A DNA stretch of 64,000 bases from Oopsacas minuta (lineage: Eukaryota > Animalia > Porifera). Under the pieces are notes generated by a model, which saw only the letters and a program-made list of their open reading frames with translations, did not search any database and had not been told where the DNA came from. How positions within the stretch are numbered: position 1 is the first letter of the stretch; each line of letters begins with the position of its first letter. The DNA is taken from positions 64,255 through 128,254 of the forward strand of contig JAKMXF010000055.1 in NCBI GenBank assembly GCA_024704765.1, in the 5' to 3' direction. This document shows, piece after piece, positions 1-11,144 of the stretch. The translations under genes and the position numbers were made by a program.

Positions 1-130
1 GTAGAGCTACCTTACAAATAATTACTTAATTGTCCAATACAATTCACCATTACCCGAACCATAGTGCACAACCGTAAACAAATACCCAGCTACGCCACTG
101 CAGACTACCTCAAAATTTGGTCAGAAATGC

Positions 131-390
131 GACTTGTTTTGGAATTAGATGTGCCCTTATTCAAGATAAGGGGGAGACAGTTGTAATTGCTTATGATTAA
201 GTTAATTCAGGCTCTTCAAAATGTGACAGTAAAAGGGACTTGTTTGGAAATTAGGTGTCCCCTTATCCAACTAAAGGGGAGACAAAAACTCATTGCTAGC
301 TATCAAGCCAATTTCCGGCAACCTCAAAATGTGACAGATAAAGGGACTTGTTTTGAAATTAGCTGTCTCCTTATCCATGATAAAAGGACA
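131..390. repeat. Three degenerate tandem copies of a ~107-bp unit
   Basis: Core GACTTGTTT..GAAATTAG.TGT.CCCTTAT.CA recurs at 131, 237 and 345. Confidence 0.75.
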
Positions 391-398
391 CAATATGC

Positions 399-644
399 GT
401 ATATTTATACACATATGATGAAAAGTGTAACTTGTACGTCTTTGCCGTTAGTTTCATAATAAATATAGTTGCACGATTTGGGAGCATATAGAATTGACTG
501 GTTTGTGTAATTGAAGAGCAACAAAGGAAATATCGAAAAATAATTCAAATAATAGATTGATTGAGGTATGCGAATTAAAATACATACAAAGATTGAATAC
601 TTCATAATAGTAAAAATACACTAATTATACGGAAATAAGGAAGG
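399..644. repeat. 246-bp direct repeat (intron/exon edge next to PCM1-like fragments); second copy at 21957-22202
   Basis: Near-identical sequence; the two 66-aa track ORFs at 405-605 and 21963-22163 differ by one residue. Confidence 0.9.
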
Positions 645-816
645 AGTTAGTAAAGAGAGGGAATGGTTGGGGACTAATACCGTGAGGAGTAGTATCGTAG
701 TGTGCAGGAGGCTAGCATGTATGATAAATGCTATACTGTTGATGTAAGGAAGTAGTGGCTACAGGAATGTGAGGTTGTTGTGTATCCATAGATTGTGTCA
801 TCTGATCCTTTTGCTA

Positions 817-1544
817 TTGCAGAAAATATTCCCAAATCTCAGATAGAGCAGGAGTAGAATGAGGGACAGAGTAATGGATTGGTACATCTTACCAGTCCAT
901 TACCTCATTGCCTGTCCCTATGTCCATTGCCTCATACTCTGGATCTATGTCAATAGGCGAGGCTTCAGGAGCTGTATGCTGTTCTGGTACCAGATCTTGT
1001 TCCATAGTGCTAATGTTACCTTTCCTATTTTACAAAGTGTAATCAATCAATCAATTTGGATAAATAACTTTCAAGTTAAAACAGAGTATTTCCCGAATAA
1101 GCGCCAGATCACTTATGTATATAATCGCACGAGGATACCACGGCGATTATTCAGGTATAGAAATCAACGCTATTTTCAATTTCCTATGACACTACCCTTC
1201 AACTTCAAAAACCCTTTGCCACTTAATCTCAACATAGCCATGTTGTGACCTCAGGGATACGATGGTGCAAGTAACATGAGGGGATATTTTCTATCTAGGA
1301 TGTCCATAAGTATGCTAAGCCTGAATATTGTAAAAAGTAAGATAATATTAGCACTATGGAACAAGATCTGGTACCAGAACACCATACAGCTCCTGAAACC
1401 TCGCCTATGGACATAGATCCAGAGTATAAGGCAATCGACATAGGGACAGGCGATGAGATAATGGACTGGTAAGATGTACCAGTCCATTACTCAGTCTCTC
1501 ATTCTACTCCTGCTCCATCTTAGATTTGGGAATATTTCCTGCAA
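817..1544. repeat. Inverted duplication, arms 817-1014 and 1347-1544 (~198 bp), of a stop-containing acidic pseudo-exon (STMEQDLVPE...MDW*)
   Basis: Arms are reverse complements with scattered mismatches; the track ORFs 859+ and 1251- share MDWYILPVHYLIACPY. Confidence 0.85.
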
Positions 1545-2492
1545 CAACAAAAGGAACACGACACAATGTATGCTGCTCTTATGCCTATTCTAGTGTTCTT
1601 GGGAAAATATACATCCACTAACAGGGCCGTAGCAACCAAACTAAAAGTAGTCAGGTTAATAAGAAGGCCAGTTAGGTAGATTGATGGGCTTGGCATTTTT
1701 CATAAGGACCAGGCTTTCTTGAAACTTTCTCTACTGTACCATAGGAATATCCAAATGAAGTAACACGTCATCGTCTTTGAAATATTTCCAACAAATGAAC
1801 ACTTTTGCCATTTCCATGCATTATCTCTATGGAGAAATCTTCGCCATTCATCTGGCAATTCTTTTGACCAATGATTCGCCATTTCAAACACTTTGATAAC
1901 TAATCTCGTAAACAGTCTCTCGTCTTCCTCTTGTTCTTCAATTGAAATACACTCTCCCCCTCCCAGGACGAAACAGTTAGGAACTAATACAATAAAACCT
2001 TCCTTAACTGTCTCCATTTGCTTCATTTAGTGACCAGGTTTATCTATCGCTCTCTTCTTCATTTCCTTGGTTTAGTGACTTCTCCTTTGTATACAATAAC
2101 GATAACTTGGTTACAGTATCCAGTATCCATTTGCATTTATTCTTGTTAACTGAGTACACTTTATCTATGTGTCAGTCCTTTGAATTATCCTATAATACGG
2201 TCAAGACACTCTCCCTTGTTTCCTTGTTTTAAAAAAACAAAAACAAAGTCACTTCTCAGCTATAATCCAACAAAACTACACTCCTGCCGTCCACACTATT
2301 ATCTACTCATTCTCCACATAAAATTTCAACGATAAATGCCATGTTATCAGTTACTTACAGCCTATTTATATAGCCACTTCTTTCCATCACTTAAATTATA
2401 TTTTATTATATATTCCATTTTTTATGTTTATTCATGGAAATCGTTACTAGTTAAAAATATACTAAAATAGAATCGTTGTATTATATATATAT

Positions 2493-2827
2493 TTAGTCAG
2501 AATCTTTATCTACTGTAGGATTACTCTCTAACCTTGGTATTTGTACTTGTAGCTCAGTCTCTCTCTTGTTAGCCTCTGATAACAGAATCTCTAACTCATT
2601 AACCGTGTACTTTTCCTGTTCTACCTGGTCCCTTGAAGTAGTAAGGTCTGTTTGCCTGGAATTAACTGCTAACTCAGCATCTGCTACTTCCTTTCTTAGC
2701 TTACTTATTGTTTCAGATAATTCTGTATTGATTGAAACCATCTGTTCTAACTTAGTAATGGGCTCACTCAACTATAAAAAGGAAATTATGAGATCGAACT
2801 CAGTCAAAATGTATTATAATAATCAGG

Positions 2828-2875
<48 letters not shown>

Positions 2876-3476
2876 GACTTACTTGTTTGGTGTAATACTC
2901 TACGTCGTTTGTGAGTTTAGCATTTTCCAATAACACATCTTCTAACTCTTGTTTCTGGTTACATAGCTCTGATTTTTTGCTCAGAAATTCTTCTCCTTAT
3001 AACTCAATCTCTTTCCTACTGTCTCTAAGCTCAGCTTTCAAATTATTCGCTTCTTGCAGGTGATCATCTACAGAGTCACCAGCTGTATTCGTTAACTATA
3101 AATTGAAATTAATACACATTTCTCATTTAGTGAACAGATTTGAATTTACCTCCCGATTATCTTTGAGTACATCCCTCTCTCTTCCAGCTGTTTTCAACTC
3201 CTCTATCTCCTTAGGATATCCTTCTACCAGTAAGACCAATTGCTGGTAACGTTGTCTTGAAAGCTCTTTATCCTCCCTAACAGATGATAGTTGTATATCT
3301 TGCTTAGTCCTGCTCTCTTTCTCATCAGTATACTCTATGCGTAGAAGTGATAGAGAGTTGCTCAGAGCCTCAATTTCATCTGATGTATTAGGTAGAACTT
3401 CTTGGAATTCTTTAACTTTATATTCCTTAAACTGATCTAGATTCTCCTCACATTCTTTCAGAGATTCCTCCAATTT
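2493..3476 (-). pseudogene. Three-exon coiled-coil gene fragment with an in-frame stop
   Basis: E/K/L-rich exons at ~3476-3150, ~3095-2882 and 2772-2493 with GTAAAT/GTAAGT donors and TATAG acceptors; TAA at 2999-2997 in KEIEL*GEE. Confidence 0.65.
2828..2875. repeat. (ATT)16 microsatellite inside an intron
   Basis: Seen directly. Confidence 0.95.
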
Positions 3477-3540
3477 CTAAATCACAAATATTCATAATAA
3501 CATTAACAAGTTATTTACCTATCTAGTTATATGTGAGAGG

Positions 3541-4622
3541 TTATTCGAGGGGAAATACCTCTGAGATGTCACTCTCATCTTCATCACAAACACCTATTTG
3601 TATTGCTTCAAAGTCATCAGGTTTGTCAACGAGTGAGTGGATAGAGTATAATGCTTCAGACACCTGATAAGCTTTGAGAGACACTTCGCTCATCAACCTT
3701 CTCACTTGATCCGGACAGGTTACTGTCCAGGTAGTAGTGTCTGAGGAGAACATTCTGGCTGGGAGAGTACACGCTCTCTTGTCTCCTCGCCACTTGTGTA
3801 CAAGGTATGAAAGAAAAAGGGGCGGGGGGAGGTTGTGGAATAGCAGAGAAGGCTTCAGCATCGATCAGATCACAATTTTCATCATCATTAATCACACGCT
3901 TCAGACAACTCAGACCAGATTTTCTCAGATAATCACTATTGAGTAATTGAGCTACACGAATAAGCTCCAGCATGTAGTAGGGACGTGTTTCATTCTGTCT
4001 TACCAGAGAGGCTACCTCTGAGTATATCCGTTCCCTCACTTGATCCAATACAGGAGACTCAACACCTGGGGAAACCCTCTTCTGTGAATTGTGACGAGTA
4101 ACATGACCAGATTTCCTTCTGGGGGAAGCAGGAACAGCATTCACTTGTAGTTGTGGTTGTTTTCTGTAACAGTGTATAGGAGTGACCTCCCGTCTAGAAA
4201 GATTATCACGAGCTGAGAGCACACGGTGTTGAGATGATATCATACTATCTGAGAAAGTTAGATCAGTTTGAGTACAGCTAGTAGTTACAGGCACACGAGC
4301 CTCCGGTATCCACTGGTTAACCCCGGTGTAAAGCAGGATCAGGACCAGGACCAGGAGTAGGTAAGCTCTGGTACATATTAGCATCAACTGAAGAGGGATA
4401 GAAGCCAGGAGTAGGTGTAGAGTAGCTGAGAAGGACAGGAGGAGCAGTCTGAAAGCAAGGAGTGACTGGAAGGGAGTAAGGAGCACTAGGGAAAGTAGTA
4501 CCGTGAGGAGTAGTACAGTAGTGTATAGGAGGATAGTATGTAGGATAACAGCTACACTGTTGATATAAGGGAGTAGTGGCTACAGGGATGTGAGGCTGTT
4601 GTATAGACAGAAATTGTGTCAT
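3541..4622 (-). pseudogene. PCM1: PCM1 C-terminal-domain-like fragment, frameshifted
   Basis: RIYSEVASLVRQNETRPYYMLELIRVAQLLNSDYLR matches the PCM1 motif TIYSEVATLISQNESRPHFLIELFHELQLLNTDYLR; split over three frames (4622-4317, 4486-3656, 3861-3541). Confidence 0.7.
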
Positions 4623-4964
4623 CTGTTCGGCTAAAATACAGAGGGGTCAAATGTGTGAAAATATACACATTAGAAAACTTTTAAATGTGTACAACTAGAG
4701 GTCACTACAAGTACACATGCCAAATTTGGTGTCTTAACTTAGAAAGGTGTGAACAGTAGAGCGCAAACATAGACGTATATATTATATATACTCAACCATC
4801 TTATAACTGAGCCACTATACTATGCAATACTATTAATCGGCATAGCAAAAATAGAATATACAATTACATACTCAGAGTGCATTACTTAGATTTACAGCAG
4901 CTTGGTATTTGTTTCGCTTAGCAAACAAAAGTAACATTGCAATGCCATATAAGTAAAAAATTGA

Positions 4965-5150
4965 TCATTCGGGTTTCTTACTGAGTACTTGAATAGGTAC
5001 GAGTCTTGAATAGAGATATCTATTTGCTACAACGGAATTATCATCTATAGTTTCTACGATACACTGGTACTCTCCTGTGTCTAACTCCTGGGTGTCTCTG
5101 AAGAGTAAAGTTCCTTGGTGGGGAGATACGTAACTCACTCTACCTATTCT
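4965..5150 (-). pseudogene. Isolated immunoglobulin-domain exon fragment
   Basis: GTLLFRDTQELDTGEYQC fits the Ig L-x(5-6)-D-x-G-x-Y-x-C motif. Confidence 0.65.
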
Positions 5151-5539
5151 GATCATGATATCGAAAGTTTTGAACTAAACATACATTCTAATAGTTTAGA
5201 GCAAATTTATCCTAAATCCTGTGCTTTTCTTTTAAATGGGGGGATGATCACTCTCAATGTACTTGTGTTCCTGACTATCCGTCAAATTCACACTCTCATC
5301 CTCAGTCACAAACTGACGGTGAGTGTTCTGTGTCTCAGAGGCGAGTGCGTCATCTCTAGCCTGATCTCTTATGTCTCCTTCACAATTAGAAGCAACCTCT
5401 CCCGATTGTGATCCCAATATCCCAAATTTTCAACTTAAGAAGCGTTCTAATAGTTTAGAACAAATTGTCCCTCCCCAATCGTGTGTTGTTCTGGACTGAT
5501 TCATTAAAATATAATGTTTTCACATATATTAATTCTTAA

Positions 5540-6308
5540 TATTCAAAATCATGGCAGAGAATTTATTTCAACTTCTAGTAAGGAGTAATCGAGTAAGGGA
5601 ATTATAATTTTGATATTTTCAAATCTATATTTATAATATTTGAAAAAATATTAATCTGATCCAGGATCCCATAATCAGTCGGGTCCAGTGCATTGCGGTA
5701 TTTTCTTGGGGGTAGGGGAGACTTGCTCCCCTTGAAAAAACAAAAGTACATGACCCTGAGATGCACTACCAGTCTGTCGGCTGAACATTTTTCTGCTTGA
5801 AATTGTTGTATATTACGACAGTAATTCGATCTTCCCTAAAGTTTCCATATAGATATGAAATTCCCGTATTACCTTGAATATTCGCCCCCCCTGAGGACAT
5901 AATCATACCTATGTTTATAAATATACATATTGCATAAACATAGGTATGATTATATCGGAATAATCGTGCTTACAAAAATCTAAATTTCCCTCTGAAGGGT
6001 GCTTGAAATTCATAATCGCCCCGCGGATTATTCGAGGTAATACGATATGCAATCTTTACTTGATTGTATTAATTTTGTGAATATTAGTATGAAAATGCTT
6101 TTGTAATGGTAAATTCGGTGATTAGAACTTGCGGAAAGTTTTAAGTTGATAGTGATAAAAGTGTATATCTCGACTAAACTGATTATGAATCCTGGATCAG
6201 ATAAATATTTTTCAAATATTATACATTAAATTTGAAAATATCAAAATTATAATTCACTTACATTACTCCTTAAGGAAGTTAAAATAAATTCTCTGTCATG
6301 ATTTTAAT
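5540..6308. mobile_element. Foldback/MITE-like element with ~140-bp diverged terminal inverted repeats and nested internal hairpins
   Basis: 5540-5682 pairs with 6176-6308; perfect 20-bp stem at 5899-5918/5934-5953; a third arm copy lies at 6408-6521. Confidence 0.55.
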
Positions 6309-6464
6309 TTCAACTAAATAGACCTAATAGTTTAGAGAAAATTTCCCTTCCAATCCTTTATCTTAACTGACTTGTCTTAAAATTTATTGTTTAATATTAT
6401 TTCTTAATATTAAAATCATGACAGAGAATTTATTTTAACTTCCTTAAGGAGTAATGTAAGTGAA

Positions 6465-7447
6465 TTATAATTTTGATATTTTCAAATTCAATTTATATAT
6501 TGAAAAATATTTATCTGATCCGGGGGAAATTTTCTCTAAACTATTAGGTCTATTTAGTTGAAAACTTTCGATATCATCATCAGAATGAGTAGAGATGGCT
6601 TCTAACTGCACAGCTTTCTGCTTAGTCAAAAGTTCAAGAGGGAGTGAAATGTTGTTAAGCTGAGCCAAATTTCGCAAATCGAAATAATATTTAGCGTATA
6701 GACTTAAAGGGACATTAACATCGAATTGTAATAGGTCTAAAAAATATCTTTCCATTTCATTGTTTGGATCAATCTTGTTAACTTCCAAAGCAGAAAATGA
6801 CAAAGCTTTGGAATTTCAGCTTTTGGAAGCTTACAAGTTGATGATGTCAATATTCGTTTCCAAGTAAAAACTGAAATATGAATCCCTGCGTATATAAGAA
6901 GGCGCTCCAAATAGATAAGAGAAATAATTGCACATTCTGGTGTCAAGTTTGCTGGATGAAAAAGATGCTTCATGAATTTGTATATGGTCTTAGCTTCTGG
7001 AATAAGGCAGCTATCGAAACAAATTGCATTGTGACTTGAAATTGGGTGTAAACGCTCATCAAAAACATCCAAGTTACGAGGTTGTTGATTATTAGAATCG
7101 AATATGAGTAAATTATGCACTGCTAACGCTACTGATTTTAGGGTATGCTTCACATTTGGTTGTGCGACTGTATTTGAATCGATAAAAACACTACTGGTGG
7201 AGGAGGATTTCCGAATTCCTTTATGATTGCCAATTATTGTTAAGTGGCTGTTGTTGCAATGAAATGAGTGGAGGAACAAAGTATCCTCTAGTGTAATGAT
7301 ATCTTCACATTGACTAATATGTGTTGTTGAAGGGTCTATTGGAATGAAAGAAGATATTGTATAAGTTTTGCATAGGGGTCTGTTCAGGTGTCTATAGGCA
7401 AAATTAAATAAATCGACCCTTGCTAGCGTAGCAACTAGATGTGACAT
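6465..7447 (-). pseudogene. CCNY: Cyclin Y-like gene, intronless here, disrupted by a 91-bp internal inversion
   Basis: RKSSSTSSVFIDSNTVAQPN, DVFDERLHP, LTPECAIISLIYLERLL, WKRIL and NEMERYFLDLLQFDVNVPLSLYAKYYFDLR match cyclin Y; two frames. Confidence 0.85.
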
Positions 7448-7638
7448 AGGAATTTGAAAATAGCTACATACGTAGTTAATACAACAATTAACTTGAGTGA
7501 ATGACTTATTAATTAATCACACATTCAATGATTAGATACAGCAAGCCTTAAGAATAATAATTCAATATTAATTAGTTACGAAGTAATTTCTGGTATTATG
7601 TAATGCGAGAAATATGGAAATTTAAAGAAAACAAATTA

Positions 7639-8265
7639 CTACAAAGTTATAACGTCAATTATAGAAATGAGTATTATATAACTCACATTGCGGATAGAAG
7701 ATACCAGGAAAGGATCTGGGTAAAATCCAGACATCAATAAGGATTGTTGTTGCTGTACTTGAGCGTCTATGATAGCTTCCAAGAGTGGAAAATTGTTCGA
7801 AGAAGGGATACAATCTGAAACTAACATAGCATTCTCGCCTTTATATATATGGTGTTGGCCAAAGCTTATTCCTTCTGTCCAGCCGATTTCATCACTATTG
7901 AATCCGGCTTCTAGTACTGAAAATGGTCCTGGAAACCAAACAGAAGGATAGGAACAATGGTCCGACCTCTCTTCAGTAGAGCTATTAGCCATAACCTGAG
8001 TTTTCTCATGAATCGTCCCCATTATAGAATTAACTAAAACTGAATCTAAAGATGGTGTTTGAAGATCTCTAGGACCATCTTGATATCTATCTCTCAATTC
8101 GTCGCTTACTTTCGGTACATACATACTTTTATCTGAGTCTTGGTCATTCATAGAATCGGAAGGAAGTCTACGTCGAACAGAGGTTCTCTCAGTTTCAAGA
8201 TTTGGGTAGGATTTGTGGCTGCTAGATCTCTCTACTTCAGATGGCATACTGCTTTTATCGCTCAC
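7639..8265 (-). CDS. 208-codon open exon of an unidentified S/D-rich protein
   Basis: Open frame with a CTATAG acceptor at ~8266 and a GTGAGT donor at ~7685; no motif recognised. Confidence 0.4.
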   Translation of the reverse strand: MSDKSSMPSEVERSSSHKSYPNLETERTSVRRRLPSDSMNDQDSDKSMYVPKVSDELRDRYQDGPRDLQTPSLDSVLVNSIMGTIHEKTQVMANSSTEERSDHCSYPSVWFPGPFSVLEAGFNSDEIGWTEGISFGQHHIYKGENAMLVSDCIPSSNNFPLLEAIIDAQVQQQQSLLMSGFYPDPFLVSSIRNVSYIILISIIDVITL

Positions 8266-8720
8266 TATAGAATATGGAAATGTAGGTAAACATGTAAATC
8301 AGGAAAGTAGAGAGAAGATTATAGCAATATATTAGCAAATTGATGGGAAGTAGATATAAGAATGTCTTGTCTACTATGGCGAAACCTCTATAAACGGCCC
8401 AAAATACTACTCAGTTCCCCATTCTTGCTAAATTCCAAAGTTCATATGTATGGGACGAGGTACCATGAATTCGCTCCATATATTTTCTCTCCGTTTCCAC
8501 GTGTGTGGAGGTTTCACTGCAATAGGAGGGAAAATTCGCCTTTCGGTAGGTTTTTGGAAGACAACAATCAACATAAACACGAAAAGGCGAGACAATTGGC
8601 ATAGTTACATCAATTGTATCATGGTTTGTGCGAAGGAAAATAAAAATAAAGAACTATAGAGGATAAATACATGTGGAATGGAATTGAGTTGAGGTACATG
8701 CATTTGTTCGGATAATAAGA

Positions 8721-9120
8721 TTGTCAGGAATTAGAATTTCCTGAATTGTAGCAAGTCAGAATGGATTTTCAGACTGTTGTCAAAGTTTTAAAACAAAAAA
8801 TCGATGGTCTGCCATTCTGCAAACTTTACTAACAATTAGCCAACAAAAGTCCACCCAAACACAAAATTACCATGAAGTCCACATCCACGCCCCTAGGTAG
8901 CTTAATAACGAGTACAAATGAAAACTCCCAGATCCATAAGGTAGTCAACTAAATCTCTAATCCCCTCCCAATGGTACGGGTTGATAATTACCACAATAAA
9001 AAGTTTTTGCCGGGCCTGGTTATGCCACGCGATATCTCGGAATAGTAGATTCTGACTTGTGACAACAGTCTGAATTCGATTCGAACTTGTTACAATTCAG
9101 AAAATTCTAACTAATGACAA
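8721..9120. mobile_element. Old MITE with ~65-bp degenerate TIRs
   Basis: TTGTCAGGAATTAGAATTTCCTGAATTGTAGCAAGT...TTCAGACTGTTGTCA at the left end is mirrored at 9056-9120; no clear TSD. Confidence 0.5.
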
Positions 9121-9340
9121 CCTCAAAATTCGAACTAAAGCAGCGCCCCCATTGAGTTCTATTAATAGTAACACTATGGCAACAATAGAGCACAAATATA
9201 TCCAAACTTATGTATGAATAACAATGACGTCTGATTACCTTATAAGGAAATAGAATAGACGCAATGATATTTACATTCTTGTAATTTGAAATTTTAGAAA
9301 TTAGTGCGGGTATTATGAATTATATTTTAAAATTCGAGCA

Positions 9341-9775
9341 CTATTCTCTATAGAACTTACAATTCGATCTTTCGCTACTTTCTACCATCCTTAATTCCTG
9401 GGGACCTGCATTAATAATGTTCTCAGTATCCTGACGGACTTTACCTAAACTCTCTTCTAAATTCAAGTCGTTTGAAGGTCGAGATTTTTTAATATTCATA
9501 TCAACCACACAGTCTTCAGGGGCATCTGCTGGAATACGGCGTTTGTGTGAAGAATTCGAGTTAATGCTAGTTTGGGATTCAATCGAATTAGTAACGATAA
9601 TTTCAGAATTTCTTAAGTCTTCTATCTTCTGTTTTTCAATAAATTTGAAATCATCACCAATTTTAACAACTGTAGAAACTTGGGAAGGACACATTACATG
9701 TTCAGTCTGTGATGCTTCTCTTGTATAATTTCTTCTGAAGGCATTTAATCTTGGAGATACCTGGTTCACGAGCAT
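9341..9775 (-). CDS. 144-codon exon of an unidentified protein
   Basis: Open frame in AT-rich DNA; no motif recognised. Confidence 0.35.
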   Translation of the reverse strand: MLVNQVSPRLNAFRRNYTREASQTEHVMCPSQVSTVVKIGDDFKFIEKQKIEDLRNSEIIVTNSIESQTSINSNSSHKRRIPADAPEDCVVDMNIKKSRPSNDLNLEESLGKVRQDTENIINAGPQELRMVESSERSNCKFYRE

Positions 9776-11144
9776 AAGAGCCTAACATGTAATCTGTTTC
9801 CCTTGACTCACGTTGGTTACTCTCATGTGATCCAAAACACAATTAAACCAATATTCCAAAAGAGTATAATTAATAGTATGGAATTACCTGAGCCAGATCC
9901 AAGATTAGATCGAGCGCTCGGACACAGCTAAGTAAAAGATAAAACAGATGTAAACACAAAACAAAGATTGTTAATATTTGAAAAAAGATAAATGGTAAAG
10001 GGAATAATATGAAATAAAAAATATCCGACAACTAACCTCTCTACATCTCCCTGTGCCTGTGGAAAATACAAATATTTAATCATTGCAAATAAAATATGAT
10101 AAAATTCACAGTTAAATATTAATTAATATGAAATTATACAATAGATTATACGACGGTTATATTACTACAACGTGACATACGTTATGTGTATAATAACGTG
10201 GCTTACAAGTTGAAGAATTCGTATAATTGCAGATAATGAAAATAAGTCAAATTATTATTCTATCTGTTGTAAGGAAAATTGGCCCGTGTTGAGGCAAATG
10301 TCTGTCTACATTTTCCATATGCGATCTGAAACACGAATTGATAAACCATATTCAGTTAGGGGTTACTCACCATTTTATCAGGAATAATTTCCTACTAGTC
10401 AGAAAAGTTATGCACTTTCTAGCCAGTTTCAAGCAAATTCGAAATAGCACCGTACACGTCCAACGCATAACTTGAAACCCATAATAGATAAGCACCGACA
10501 TTTTGAAAACACGATTAAAAGATAAACAAATAACAATTCTATTAAAAGATTATAACTAACATTAGCTTATACTATTAGTGTATTAGTAATTGTATTTGTG
10601 TTTGACAGATAATAATACAATAACTACACGCAAGTTCATTAGTAAAGGAAATAGGTTAATAGAAGTGTTACTATATTGAAAATATATCCAATATTGTATA
10701 TTTGTTCATTCCTGAAGAAATACTATTAACTTCTAATCCGCAGAAGATAGATTGAATTACTTATTAGTATTTGTTGGGTTTGTTACCATATGTCTGATAA
10801 TAATCTCATTAGTATGCTCTACTAGTGTAATAATTCGATCGTAATTAACCATTTTTGGAACGGTGCTAAGAATTATTGATAATCCCAAATCGGTTACAAT
10901 TGCTTTCAAAGCGTATTTCCCAAAAATATGTCAAAAAGTATTTGGGGAATTATAAATCAGTTAGCATGAGTATCCCTCCTGAATGCTTAGCACATATATT
11001 TGCTATACAAATTAAGTTCGTTTGTCTCATCATTATGGGTCAATCATTCCATTGAATTTTGATGTATTCAAGCAAATGCTGAGCTCAGTATTGTTGTAAA
11101 TACAATTATAATAGCCACAAGGTTTACCTTAATACTTCCTAATG

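Noticed and set aside
1700-2230. Possible viral (Rep/NS-like) remnant
   Set aside because: Coding-like, but no diagnostic HUH or Walker motif could be identified.
2566-2877. Poly-Tyr ORF
   Set aside because: Translation of the intronic (ATT)n microsatellite, antisense to a coiled-coil exon.
10270-10960. Cadherin-like exons (EYGLSIRVSD, KYALKAIVTDLG)
   Set aside because: Motifs are too short and the surrounding frames contain stops; no DxNDN motif was seen.
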